Source: Eledone cirrhosa (Eukaryota). From it: DNA of 64,000 nucleotides. The notes beneath the pieces were generated by a model. It made no database searches. It was not told the DNA's origin and saw only the letters and a list, made by a program, of their open reading frames with translations. The stretch spans positions 22,320,001-22,384,000 of the forward strand of contig OZ024764.1 of the NCBI GenBank assembly GCA_964016885.1, written 5' to 3'. The translations under genes and the position numbers were made by a program. Below are positions 1 through 12,493 of the stretch, piece after piece. Each line of letters starts with the position of its first letter. Within the stretch, counting starts at the first letter, position 1.

Positions 1-740
1 AGTGTTGGTTCAGTCCACCCTGGAGGGTGTAAGTGTTGGTTCAGTCCACCCTGGGGGTGTTAGTGTTGGTTCAGTCCATTCTGGGGGCGTTAGTGTTGGT
101 TCAGTCCACTCTGGGGGTGTTAGTGTTCGTTCAGTCCACCCTGGGGGGGTGTTAGTGTTCGTTCAGTCCACCCTGGGGGGTGTTAGTGTTCGTTCAGTCC
201 ACTCTGGGGGTTTTAGTGTTGGTTCAGTCCACCCTGGGGGTGTGAGTGTTGGTTCAGTCCACCCTGGGGGGGTGTTAGTGTTCGTCCAGTACACCCTGGG
301 GGTTTTAGTGTTGGTTCAGTCCACCCTGGGGGTGTGAGTGTTGGTTCAGTCCACCCTGGGGTGTTAGTGTTGGTTCAGTCCACTCTGGGGGATGTTAGTG
401 TTAGTTCAGTCCACCCTGGGGTGTTAGTGTTGGTTCAGTCCACCCTGGGGGGTGTTAGTGTTAGTTCAGTCCACCCTGGGGGGTGTTAGTGTTCGTCCAG
501 TACACCCTGGGGGTTTTAGTGTTGGTTCAGTCCACCCTGGGGGTGTGAGTGTTGGTTCAGTCCACCCTGGGGTGTTAGTGTTGGTTCAGTCCACTCTGGG
601 GGATGTTAGTGTTGGTTCAGTCCACCCTGGGGTGTTAGTGTTGGTTCAGTCCACTCTGGGGGGTGTAAGTGTTGGTTCATTCCACCCTGGGGGGTGTAAG
701 TGTTGGTTCAGTCTACCCTGAGGGGTGTTAGTGTTGGTCA
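1..740. repeat. ~30-31 bp G-rich minisatellite (GGTGTTAGTGTTGGTTCAGTCCACCCTGGGG), >20 copies
   Basis: Direct tandem repeats with variable G-run; shorter paralogous array at 17383-17640. Confidence 0.95.
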
Positions 741-744
741 ATGA

Positions 745-1170
745 TAACCTTTATAACTAGAGGCCTGTTGGTGAGGACAAGCTGGATGTGGTGACATCTT
801 TCTGCTACCTGTGTGACATGTCAGCTGGAAGTGGAGCCAAGTTCACTGCCATCGTGCTGTGCCACTCCACAGGTAACAAGTTTAGGCAGCTTCTCCTAAT
901 CCTCAAGACATGCTGGCTACCATTAGACACCATGGGGCAGGTTTATAACACCTGTGGGAGAAGTGTGTTGTTTCCTGCCAGCGAGACCTGGGCCATGTTA
1001 TCTGACTGTCTGAATTGACTCTGAAGAAATGACAGAGCTATGATCCACTGGATGTGTAGTGTGACCATTGAGGATGATGTCAGCTCAACTGAGCTCCTAA
1101 AATAACTGCTGATCGACAACCTCAAGGATGTGTTTCACAGGAGACACATGCACTGGTATGGCCATGTTGT
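745..1170 (+). mobile_element. RTE-clade LINE 3' ORF fragment, degenerate
   Basis: VVTSFCYL...KFRQLL...ASETWA...WMC...WYGHV matches the C-terminal part of the RTE ORF at 48508-51294. Confidence 0.8.
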
Positions 1171-1172
1171 GC

Positions 1173-3450
1173 ATTCTCTCTCAACTCATCTATGCTTGGT
1201 CGTTGATGCACATTGACATTGCATATCCAACGGAGCATACTTGCTTCATTTCTCTCCAGTCGTTGCATATCCTCCGCAGTTGCTGTCCATGTCTCACTAG
1301 CGTGCAGCATCACCCATCTCACGCAGGCATCACCAGCCATTCGTTCTTAGGGAGAAACCCTTCTTTGTCAACATAGGAAGCAGCTCCCTAAACGTCTTCC
1401 AACCCGTCCTTATTCTAGATACTATGGCCTCTGAGCACCCTCCTCCCATGGTAATTTGATCACCTAGATACCGGAAGCTATCAACCACTTCTATAGAACC
1501 TACCTGCATTTGAAAAATGTGTCTATCACTGCGACTTCTACTGTCAAATTTCCCTGTACATCTACTGCATATGTAGTTTTCCCTACCTGTTAGTTTACCT
1601 GCTATCCCACTACATTTCTTGTGTACCCAAAATCTGCATTGTGTACATTATAGAATTTATGCCAGTTCCTTTTCTACATATCGAACAAGGCCATTTCCCT
1701 GATGGAATGACAGTTTTGTCCTCTTTTCTACTCATCAACACTTTAGTCTTAGCTAGGTTCACTCTCAGTCCTCTTAATTCCAACTGCTGTTGTAATGGCC
1801 AGAATTTATTCTCTAGCTCCTCTACTGATTCTGCTATAAGAACCAGATCGTCAGCCTAGAGAAGTACCCATGGGCAGCCAGTCTTAAACTCCTCTGTTAT
1901 GGCTTGGAGGACTATAATGAACAAGAACGGGCTGAGGACCGAACCCTGATGTACTCCTACTTGTATCTGGAATTCCTCAATAAACTCCATGCCTACCCTC
2001 ACTTTACTGACAGCACCTCTGTACATACAAGCCATTCCTCAATACCTAGTTTCCTTAGGGACCACCAGATGACAGATTGGGGTACTCTATCAAAGGCCTT
2101 CTCTAGGTGAACAAAAGCTAAGTATAGTGGTTTATTCTTCTCTAAGAACCTCTCTAGTAGTTGTCTCACTAAGAAGAGGGCATTTGTTTGACTCTTTCTC
2201 TAAGTTGCGCTAGTATTCTTTCTGTCACTTTCATAACCTGATCCATCAGTTTTATGCCCCTATAATTACTCCTCTCCAGAACATCCCCTTTACCTTTACC
2301 TAAATTTATGAGAATACTGCTGCACCAGTCTTTGGGTATGACACCACCATATATAGCTTGATTAATGATGCATGCAACCAGTTTAATTCCTACTTCTCCT
2401 GATGCTTTTTGCATCTCAGCAACTATCCCCAACAGTCCAGCAGACCTCCATTTTTCCTTTCCTTAATTACCTCTTGGACCCTATAGTCATCAATCTCAAT
2501 AGCTGGTCCTTCTGTCGGGTCTACTGAAGGTAGTTTCTCTCCTATTCATTCTCCACATTCATCAGTCTCTCATGATGACATTTCCAGGCCTTCTTTTTCT
2601 GATCATTCGTGACACTAAGTACATCGGCATCATCCCGGACAGATTTATCTCCAACAACATCCTGATTTGCACTGACACACTGCCTTGCAATGTGGAACAC
2701 TGCACGCCTCTGATCTTCCCGTCGCAGAACATTGGCAAACCTCCTACTCTCAGCCTCCCTGCGTGCTAAGTAGACCTGACATCTAGCTTCTCTCTTAGTG
2801 GCTGTGTATCGGTCTCTACCCCTACAATTTTTCCAAACATTCCATGCTAGTCTTTTATCTCTAATGGCTCTATCTACCGTGCTGTTCCACCACCAGGTCA
2901 CTCTCTGTCTGGTTGGAGCTCTGCTCCAGCCACAAGTTTTATGAGTAACCTGCAGTAAGTTGTCATGTAAGAAATTCCAGTTATCAACTATGTCATACGA
3001 CGCTAAAACGTCTTCTTTTTCATCATACACATCTTGAAGGGCTTGCCTAAATTTATATTTTAGTGAAAGGTCTTTTAGTTTCTAGACCTTCCTTTTTCAC
3101 ACCTTCTTGTATGTCTCATTTTGTCTCTTGCTTACTGAGATGTCACTAACGACTAACGTATGTTGGGGGGTTACATTGTTCCCTGGGGTATGCCTTAGTA
3201 TTTGACACCATCTGTCTCTCTTACTGCCTAACTAGCAAGAAGTCAATCTGTCTCATGTGCTCACCTGATTGGTAGGTTTCTTGAAGTGTTGCAAATGGTT
3301 AGTTCACTTGTATCACAAAATACAAGAAGCCTCACTCCTTCTTCATTTCTTGAGCCATAACCATGACCACCATGTACCCCAGTGTATCCATCCTGGAGCT
3401 GTCCAACATGACCATTGAAGTCCCCTGCTATTATAACTAGGTCTCTGTCA
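1173..3450 (-). mobile_element. Degenerate RTE-clade LINE (APE endonuclease to RT to C-terminus)
   Basis: Minus-strand ORF pieces: IIAGDFNGHVG, RVTWWWN, PKDWCSS..NYRGIKLMDQVMKV, GKWPCSIC, HASETW; stops, frameshifts and deletions. Confidence 0.92.
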
Positions 3451-3454
3451 TTGT

Positions 3455-3786
3455 GGTTATCTCTACTTATTCCTTTTCTACATATGGAGCATGGCCACTT
3501 TCCTGAAGGGGTCAGGGTCTTCTCTCCTATCCATTAGCACTTTAGTTTTGGCTAAGTATATTCTCAGAACTTACCATTTCAAATTCTATATCTATAGTTG
3601 GTCATCTACATAGAGAAGTTTCCATAGACAGCCAGTCTTAAACCTCTCTGTTATGGTTTGGAGAACTATGATGAACAACAGTGGGCTAAGAACTAAACCA
3701 TGATGAACTCCTACCTGTACCTTCAATTCCTCACTAGACACTTTACTGACAGCTTCTCACAAGCCATTCTTCTACACCTAATTTCT
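3455..3786 (-). mobile_element. Separate RTE RT-domain fragment
   Basis: KKLGVEEWLVR..QVGVHHG.VLSPLLFIIVL..FKTGC..GKWPCSICRKG on the minus strand. Confidence 0.8.
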
Positions 3787-3790
3787 TTAA

Positions 3791-3988
3791 CCCTTTAGTA
3801 TATAAATTGGCCAGAATTCTCTCACATTTTTCTGTTCAAACTGTCCGTAACTGGTCACTTATACTTATGTTAAGGTATTGTTCTCAAAATAAGTAACATC
3901 AAAATCTCATAGATTTGATATTATGTGAGATAAAGCATTTACTGTGAAAATATAATAGTAAATATAGAGTAATGTGAATACTAAAGGG
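3791..3988. mobile_element. piggyBac-type MITE
   Basis: TTAA|CCCTTTAGTAT ... ATACTAAAGGG|TTAA: 11-bp TIR with TTAA target duplication. Confidence 0.8.
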
Positions 3989-3989
3989 T

Positions 3990-4210
3990 TAATCTAATGT
4001 CACTAATAACTACTTTTATCTGTCAGTTTAATCTAATGTCACTAATAACTTCTTTTATCAGTCACTTTAATCTAATATCACTAATAACTACTTTTATCAG
4101 TCAGTTTAATCTAATCTCACTAATAACTACTTTTATCAGTTAGTATAATCTACTGCCAATAATAACTACTTTTATCAGTCAGTATAATCTACTGCCACTA
4201 ATAACTAACC
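3990..4210. repeat. 39-bp tandem repeat (TAATCTAATGTCACTAATAACTACTTTTATCAGTCAGTT), ~6 copies
   Basis: Visible 39-nt period; ~3 copies in the paralog at 20877-20978. Confidence 0.9.
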
Positions 4211-4329
4211 TATGTTACGCAGCACATTCTTCACCAAGGAAGGCCTTAGTATTTATTACATTCCATTTATCAATATAGAAATATTATATGAAATTTGTAC
4301 TGATGTATTACAAGTTTCTCAGTATCTTA

Positions 4330-4351
4330 TAATGTTCTTTCATTATTTCAG
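4330..4351 (+). other. Putative splice acceptor of the ZNF-containing exon
   Basis: Pyrimidine-rich tract ending TTTCAG|AATACC; conserved at 21121 and echoed by TTTCAG|AATATC at 7928. Confidence 0.5.
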
Positions 4352-5166
4352 AATACCAGAGGACATTGGCATTAAAGAGCACGTTACATCAGACATATCC
4401 TCAACATTAACCATTTCTAATGAAAGACACTACCCATCATTTTCAAATAATTTTGAAAACACTCAACACTTTGAAGGGATTTAGTAATATAACTAAATTT
4501 CTCAGTATTAAGCTGCTATTTGGAACATAATTTTGCACAATTTCATGAAGTTCCAATGGAAAGTTTTTAGATAAATATAAAGACTGGTATGAAAAGGATA
4601 AAACACTTTTATGTCAATTGTTTCATCAACACTATTATTTAAAGATTAAAGGAAGCTGTTATACAGAACAGATACAACCTTGTTTATATAAATCTATGGG
4701 AGAAATACTGGAAAATATTTCTTGTAAACTCAATAACACTTCTATTCTTTGCTGTCTGGAATATGTAGAAGATACAAAATAAAGCTGAAGAAATTTACAC
4801 ATGATTTTGTAAGATCTTCATATATTGACAAAGTTGATAGTAGATGGAACTACAGGAGTAGAAATATTTCCATTATTACAGGAATAACTAATCAAATGAA
4901 GACCAGAAAAATTAGATTCTTCACTGTCTGGAATATGTACAAGGTGATTTTATATGTATATTAAACTTGAAGAGATCTACAAAACAGTTTGTATCATCTT
5001 TAAATATAAAGAAAGACCAAAGTTGATAGAAATATATCTGGAGGAATATGTTTTAGGAATAATATTATAAACATAAAGAAGAAAAATATCCATATATTGA
5101 CAGGAGAAAAATATTAAAACTGTGAATTATGTGAGAAACTGAGGTGATTGATATCTTTTAGTAGAT

Positions 5167-6615
5167 ATGTCGAAAAATATAGTAAAATCACCATTCCACT
5201 GTGATATCTGTGGTAAATCATTCTCTCGTAATCACCTAACTACTCACAAACGTATTCATACAGGAGAGAAGCCATATCACTGTGATATCTGTGGTAAATC
5301 ATTCATTCGCAGTAATACCTTAACTAATCACCAACGTATTCATACAGGGGAGAAGCCATATCACTGTGATATCTGTGGTAAATCATTCTCTCGTAGTCAT
5401 CACCTAACTACTCACAAACATATTCATACAGGAGAGAAACCATATCACTGTGATATCTGTGGTAAAACGTTCTCTATTAATAATCACCTAACTACTCACA
5501 AACGTATTCATACAGGAGAGAAGCCATATCACTGTGATATCTGTGGTAAATCATTCAGTTACGGTAGTAGCATCAGAGTTCACAAACAAAGTCATACAGG
5601 AGAGAAGCCACATCACTGTGACATCTGTGGTAAATCATTCAGTTACAGTAATACCTTAACTAGCCACAAACTTATTCATACAGGAGAGAAACCACATCAC
5701 TGTGACATCTGTGGTAAAACATTCTCTGACAGAAGTAGCTTTGTTAAACACCAACGTATTCATACAGGAGAGAGACCATATCACTGTGATATCTGTGGTA
5801 AATCATTCTCTCGTAGTGATAACCTAACTACTCACAAACGTACTCATACAGGAGCGAAGCCATATCACTGTGATATCTGTGGTAAATCATTCTCTTGCAG
5901 TAGTAGCTTCATTAAACACAAACGTATTCATACAGGAGAAGAGCCATATCACTGTGATATCTGTGGTAAATCATTCTCTCGTAGTAGTCACCTAATTACT
6001 CACAAACGTATTCATACGGGACAGAGGCCATATCACTGTGAAATCTGTGGTAAATCATTCAGTTGCAGTAGTACCTTAACTACTCACAAACGTATTCATA
6101 CAGGAGAGAAGCCATACCACTGTGACATCTGTGATAAATCCTTCTCTCATAATAGTGGCCTAACTACTCACAAATGTATTCATACAAGAGAGAAGACATA
6201 TCACTGTGACATCTGTGGTAAATCAGTCAGTCGCAGTAGTACCTTAACTACTCACAAACGTATTCATACAGGGGAGAAGCCATATCAATGTGATATCTGT
6301 GGTAAATCATTCGCTGACAGAAGTAGCTTAGCTACCCACAAACGTACTCATACAGGAGAGAAGCCATATCACTGTGACATCTGTGGTAAATCATTCACTG
6401 ACAGACGTTGCTTAAGTAGCCACAAACGTACTCATACAGGAGAGAAGCCGTATCGCTGTAACATCTGTGGTAAATCATTCCCTCATAGTTATACCTTAAC
6501 TACCCACAAACGTACTCATACAGGAGAGAAGCCATATCACTGTGACATCTGTGGTAAATCATTCTCTCTCAGAGGTAACTTAACCAAGCATGTGCGTCTA
6601 CATACAAAAGTTTAG
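5167..6615 (+). CDS. C2H2 zinc-finger-only protein ZNF-A, 482 aa, 17 tandem fingers
   Basis: Uninterrupted ORF of CxxC-x12-HxxxH fingers with TGEKP linkers after a 9-aa leader; finger 1 is one residue short; AATAAA at 6853. Confidence 0.93.
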   Translation: MSKNIVKSPFHCDICGKSFSRNHLTTHKRIHTGEKPYHCDICGKSFIRSNTLTNHQRIHTGEKPYHCDICGKSFSRSHHLTTHKHIHTGEKPYHCDICGKTFSINNHLTTHKRIHTGEKPYHCDICGKSFSYGSSIRVHKQSHTGEKPHHCDICGKSFSYSNTLTSHKLIHTGEKPHHCDICGKTFSDRSSFVKHQRIHTGERPYHCDICGKSFSRSDNLTTHKRTHTGAKPYHCDICGKSFSCSSSFIKHKRIHTGEEPYHCDICGKSFSRSSHLITHKRIHTGQRPYHCEICGKSFSCSSTLTTHKRIHTGEKPYHCDICDKSFSHNSGLTTHKCIHTREKTYHCDICGKSVSRSSTLTTHKRIHTGEKPYQCDICGKSFADRSSLATHKRTHTGEKPYHCDICGKSFTDRRCLSSHKRTHTGEKPYRCNICGKSFPHSYTLTTHKRTHTGEKPYHCDICGKSFSLRGNLTKHVRLHTKV

Positions 6616-7229
6616 CTGTATCAATATCAAACTCATTACATCATACTACAACAACAACAACAATTGTGTAGATGCATCCTCCTTGCTAAAACTGGGGTTA
6701 ACCTTGTAGGTTTTACCTATGACAGGGATCATAAACACCAGGTTTCTATTTAAAGTTTTTCACATTAAACTTTGATTTATTATACTTTAACAGGTAAGAT
6801 ATATATTTGTATTTTTAGTAAAGGTTGGGAACTTCTGTAATTTAAACCTGCCAATAAAATGAAAACTTTTGTTGTTGTTAGTCAGACATTGATATTAATT
6901 CTATTGTCCTGTACATTGTCTCACATATCACAGATTAAACAGATTTTAACAATAACAACAGAAATCTTGTAAGCCTAATATCTAGCTTCCATTTTAACTA
7001 TTTCATATTGTTGTTCCCCTCCTGTCTCTTCAGGTCTTTTAGATTTCAACTTCTATCTACTGTACTATTCCATCACCAAGTCAACATTCATCTGGCTGGC
7101 AGCTTACATCAACTACAGATCTCATCAGTGGTTCACAACAGGCTGTCTGAAAGAAACTTCCAGATATCTTCTATGTCATAGCTATCAATCTCCTCCTCCT
7201 TATCATATGTATCATGTAGAACATCTCTG

Positions 7230-7640
7230 AATTTATATTTAACAGGGAGATCATTTACTGTCCCTACCCTTTTCTCTAGGTTGTCTTGTACCTCTCTCAC
7301 AGTCCCTCTAGATCTTATATTTAACAGGGAGATCTTTTACTGTCCCTACCTTTTTCTTTAGGTTATCTTGTACCTCTCTCACAGTCCCTGTAGATCTTAT
7401 ATTTAACAGGGAGATCTTTTACTGTCCCTACCCTTTTCTCTAGGTTGTCTTGTACCTCTCACAGTCCCTGTAGATCTTATATTTAACAGGGAGATCTTTT
7501 ACTGTCCCTACCCTTTTCTGTAGGTTGTCTTGTACCTCTCACAGTCCCTGTAGATCTTATATTTAACAGGGAGATCTTTTACTCTCCAACCCTTCTTTCT
7601 ACAGATAGTCTTGTATCTGTCAGTCCCTCTAGATATTACA
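7230..7640. repeat. 80-82 bp minisatellite downstream of the ZNF exon, ~5 copies
   Basis: TTAACAGGGAGATCTTTTACTGTCCCTACC... recurs at about 7239, 7321, 7403, 7483, 7563. Confidence 0.93.
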
Positions 7641-7928
7641 CCTAGTATCTAGTCTATGTTGAGTGGTACGTCCTTCTCCAGTAAAGGAGTTAATATTCCC
7701 AACCATCTGTCTATCCTGTTTTCTGATGAGAATGAAGTCAATCTAGTTTATCTCTTCACCTGATTGAAGTAACTAGATCAAGTAACTAGATGTTTTCCTG
7801 TAAGTTAGTGTTGCAGTGTTTGTGTCACCATGTAAGGTTTATATCTATTAATATAGAGATGTAGTAAAGTTTTCACTGTTGTATCTCTACTTTCTAAATA
7901 TCTTAATAATGTTTCTCTACTATTTCAG

Positions 7929-8280
7929 AATATCACATGACTTTGACAGAAAAGAGTCTTTTAAAGACAACAGAAAGATGTTACATACAAGTGATATAAA
8001 CTTGTTTAGTCTGTGGTGAATTATGGTGAAATATTTCTTCTGAATTGAGATAAATAACAACATTTTTCTTTTTCACTGTCTGGAATATTTACAAGATGAT
8101 TTTACATTCTGATTAAACTTTGGATATTTACAAAGGAGTTTTCAAAATATTGGATATTGACAACGATCTCATTTGATAAAATTATGAACAATAGAAATAT
8201 TTACATCAACATAGGAATATTTTCCAGTAGAGATGGGAAAATCATTATACCACTGTAATATTTGTGGTAAAGTATTCTCT
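7929..8280 (+). pseudogene. Decayed paralog of the ZNF exon 5' part, ending in half a finger (MGKSLYHCNICGKVFS)
   Basis: TTTCAG acceptor; 8072-8140 aligns by eye to 4920-4990; ATG GGA AAA TCA TTA TAC CAC TGT AAT ATT TGT GGT AAA at 8233-8271. Confidence 0.72.
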
Positions 8281-8423
8281 CTTCTTTATATGTAGAACAT
8301 CTAACTAAACACTTTAACTAACAAACTATTGTGCTATAGAATTGACAAACTTGAAGAATGTTTAATAAATGTTACAGATTTCTCCAAACTGTCGTTTACT
8401 AACTTTAATTTGAAGCTATATTA

Positions 8424-8795
8424 TCTATATACTACTAAAACTCTGTGATCGTGTCTTGTCTGTAATTTAATACAGCTAAAACAGTGCATAATGGGGAAAT
8501 ACTTTGAAAAGAATAAAACAAGTTTTGTATAAATTGGAGCACAGGTTCCCAAGATACGGGGTTTTCTGAGTACCTTGATAAATATAGGGAGAGAAAGAGA
8601 TAGTGGTTGTGAGAGTGAGGAGACAGATGGAAGAGAGAGTGAGAGCTGGTGGTGTTTAATAAAATATGTGTGTGTGTATATATGTATATATATATATACG
8701 TATGTGTATATTTTAACTATTTAAAAACTATTTTAAAATGATATTTAAAAAATAGTTTTAAGGGAACGTGACAGAACAGGTCCCAGGTCGTCTAG
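8424..8795 (+). mobile_element. Non-autonomous Helitron
   Basis: A|TCTATATACTACTAAAA 5' end, internal microsatellite, subterminal hairpin (GTGACC-caaca-GGTCAC in the best copies) and CTAG|T 3' end. Confidence 0.75.
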
Positions 8796-9199
8796 TTTGT
8801 TACTAAATACTAGATATTAGAGGGTCATGTTGTTCTAGATGTGCTGGAAGAGCCATTCCATCTCGTGAGGCTCACACCAGCAGCTAGCCACCTCAGCACC
8901 TATGGTCGTATATTTATTATATTATTTATTCTTTATCATTAATATTAATATAAAAGATAATTATATATTTTTAGAGAAGAACCTCTAATTTCTTATAGCT
9001 TAGGGCTTCAGTAGGTAAAAGTCAGGCCCTGCTTGTCTTGTATTTTTTAGGGGAGAAGTTAGGGAATACTGTTATTGTGTGAAAGTTTTCTAAATCTTCT
9101 TCAGCCACTAATATGGAGAAGATATTTCAGTAAGAAGGTTCACATCCTGACATCTATAGCTGTTAACAATGAGATTGGAATTCATTATTAAACAAATGT

Positions 9200-9625
9200 T
9201 ATATCATCATCACTCTTTTACATCATTTTTTCCACGCTGGCATGGGTTAGACGAGTTATCCTGTTGTAAGCAATGCCAGGTCAGGTGACCACGTGTTGCT
9301 TCTACAGAACCAATTTTGGTTTGGTTTCTACAGCTGGATGCCCTTCCTAGCACCAACCTTATTTACATTGAGTACTGGGTGCTTTTTACCATCTCACCAA
9401 CTCGACCACTTCACAGTGTGGGCTGGGTACTTTTTAACTTTTTGTCATGATACCTACAGTACCACTTTACAGTGAGTACTGGGTAATTTCTGTTGTGACT
9501 CCTACTTGACCACTTTACAGTGAGTACTGGGTACTTTATGTTGTGACACCTACACGACCTCTTTACAGTGTGGACTGGATACTTTTTGTTGTGACACCTA
9601 CACGACCTCTTTACAGTGTTGGCAG
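9200..9625 (-). mobile_element. RTE 3'-UTR-like non-autonomous retroelement with ~48-bp internal repeats
   Basis: (CAT)n tail plus TTCCACGCTGGCATGGGTTAGACG and TTTCTACAGCTGGATGCC blocks shared with the RTE 3' end at 48207-48450; paralogs near 25077-25490 and 41225-41430. Confidence 0.7.
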
Positions 9626-9732
9626 TGAAATATCTAATGCACCAGCTTCAGTAATCAGAAGATCGCTGTTTTCTATATTATAATTTTATAATATACATAT
9701 ACACACACAAACACAAATATATATATATATAG

Positions 9733-12491
9733 ATGTGTGCAGCGTGCAAGAGGTGAGATGGAGAGGTGCCTCTGCGAGACTAGTCGTAGGCAAACATCTT
9801 AGCTATAAGCTTTTCTGGGTAGGTAAGGATGATGGGTTAGGGGGAGTAGGCATTTTCCTGGCTGAGAGATGGATCAATAAGACAATAGAGGTAGTTCGAG
9901 TTAGTAATAGAATAAGCTTAGGTTAGTTGTAGGCAGGAGACTACTGACAATCATCTCTGCCTATGACAGAGGACGGAGACATCATTATGCTAGTAGGGGA
10001 CTTCAATGGTCATGTTGGACAGCTCCAGGATGGTTATACTGGGGTACATGGTGGGCACGGTTACGGCTCAAGAAATGAAGAAGGGGTGAGACTTCTTGAA
10101 TTTTGTGATGCAGGTACATTGACTATTTGCAACACAAACTTCCAGAAACCTGCCAATCACCTAATAACCTACAAATCGGGCGAGCACATAAGCCAGATTG
10201 ACTTCTTACTAGTTAGGCAGCGGGACAGGCAGATCGTGTCTAATACCATGGCATACCCTGGGGAAGAATGTACCCCACAGCATAGGTTAGTTGTTAGTGA
10301 TATCTCAGTAAGCAAAAGATGGAATGAGACATACAGGAAGGTGTGGAGAAGAAAGGTCTGGAAGCTAAAAGAGCTTTAACTAAAATACAAATTTAGGAAA
10401 GCCCTTCAAGATGTATATGACGAAAAAGAAGACGATTTAGAGACGTATGACATAGATAACAACTGGAATTTCTTGCGTGACAACTTACTGCAGGCTACTG
10501 ATGAAACTTGTGGCTGGAACAGAGCTCCAACCAGACAGAGAGTGACCTGGTGGTGGAACAGCACAGTAGATAAGGCCATTAGAGACAAAAGGCTAGCATG
10601 GAAGGCTTGGAAAAAGGGTGGGAGTAGGGAAGAATATACAGCCACTAAGAGAGAAGCTAGACGTCAGGTGTACTTAGCACGCAGGGAGACTGAGAGTAGG
10701 AGGTTTGCCAATGTTCTGCGACGGGAAGATCAGGGTCAATGCAAATCAGGATGTTGTTGGAGATAAATGTGTCCGGGATGATGCTGGTGTACTTAGTGTC
10801 ACGAATGATCTGAAAGAGGAGGCCTGGAAATGTCATTATGAGAGACTGATGAATGTGGAGAACGAATGGGGGAGAGAGAAATTACCCTTAGTAGATCCGA
10901 TAGAGGGACCAGCTATTGAGATTGATGAATATAGGGTCCAAGAGGCGATTAAGGAAATGAAAAATGGTAAGGCTGCTGGACCATCGGGAATAGTTGCTGA
11001 GATGCTGAAGGCATCAGGAGACGTAGGCACTAAACTGGTTGCACGCATCATCAATCAGGCTATATATGGTGGTGTCATACCCAAAGACTGGTGCAGCAGT
11101 ATTCTCATAAATTGCTACAAAGGTAAAAGGGAGAGGAGCAATTATAGGGGTATAAAACTGATGGATCAGGTTATGAAAGTGGCAGAAAGGATATTAGCAC
11201 AACTAATTAGAGAAAGGGTCAAACTAGATGAGATGCAGTTTGGTTTTGTGCCTGGGAAGAGTACAACCGATGCCCTCTTCTTGGTGAGACAATTGCAAGA
11301 GAGGTTCTTAGAGAAAAATAAGCCACTCTACTTAGCCTTTATTGACCTAGAGAAGACCTTTGATAGGGTACCCCGATCTGTCATCTGGTGGTCCCTAAGG
11401 AAGCTAGGTGTTGAGGAATGGCTTGTGAGGACAGTGCAAGCTATGTACAAGTAGGAGTACATCAACGTTCGGTCCTCAGTCCGCTCTTGTTCATTATAGT
11501 CCTCCAAGTCATAACAGAGGAGTTTAAGACTGGCTGTCCATGGGAACTTCTCTATGCTGACGATCTGGTTCTTATAGCAGAATCAGTAGAGGAGCTAGAG
11601 AATAAATTCTGGCTTTGGAAACAGCAAGAGGACTGAGAGTGAACCTAGCTATGACAAAAGTGTTGATGAGTAGAAAAGAGGACAAAACTCTGATTCTATT
11701 AGGGAAATGGCCATGTTCGATATGCAGAAAAGGAACTGGCATAAATTCTATAAAATGCACACAATGCAGATCCTGGGTACACGAGATGTAGCGGGATAGC
11801 AGGCAAACTAACAGGTAGGGAGAAATACGTATGCAGTAGATGTACAGGGAAATTAGACAGTAGAAGTCGCATTGATAGACACAGTTTTCAAATGCAGGAA
11901 GGCGCTATAGAAGTGGTGGATAGCTTCCAGTACCTAGGAGATCAGATTAGCATGGGAGGAGGGTGTTCCGAGGCCATAGTAACTAGAATAAGGACGGGTT
12001 GGAAGACGTTTAGGGAGCTGCTTCCTCTGCTGACGAAGAAAGGCCGGTTGTATGATGCCTGTGTGAGCACCGCAATGCTGCATGGTAGTGAGACATGGGC
12101 AGCAACTTCAGAAATGAGACATCCGTTGGATGTGCAGTGTAAATGTGCGTGAACGACCCAGCATGAATGTGTTGAGAGAGAAACTGTGTCTGAGATGGAT
12201 AGAATGTAGTGTACGGAGGAGAAGACTGAGGTGGTATGGACATGTGATGCGCATGTAGGATGACCGATGGGTGAAGAAGTGCCAGGAAATGACAGTTGAA
12301 GGAAGACGTGGTAGAGGTAGACCACGAAAAACATGGGCGGAGGTGGTTAGAACAGACCTCACATCGTTGAAGCCCACGGTGGAGATGACGAAGGACCGTG
12401 ATGAGTGGAGAGATGTTGTGCTGAATAAGACCCGTCCCACCCTTGCGAGCAGGGAATAGCGGACGTAAAATGATGATGATGATGATGATGA
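9733..12491 (+). mobile_element. Nearly complete but frameshifted RTE-clade LINE
   Basis: VQEVRWRG and GDFNGHVG (APE), FIDLEKTFDRVP and LLYADD (RT), GRRGRGRPRKTW, (GAT)n tail at 12470-12491; begins right after a (TA)n tract. Confidence 0.95.
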
Positions 12492-12493
12492 TA

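Noticed and set aside
2-721. ORFs of VSVGSVHPGG repeats
   Set aside because: Translation of a minisatellite whose G-runs shift frame freely
4212-4484. 90-aa ORF as an N-terminal effector domain for ZNF-A
   Set aside because: Stops 680 bp before the ZNF ATG, no donor seen to link them, no known domain pattern; at most a uORF
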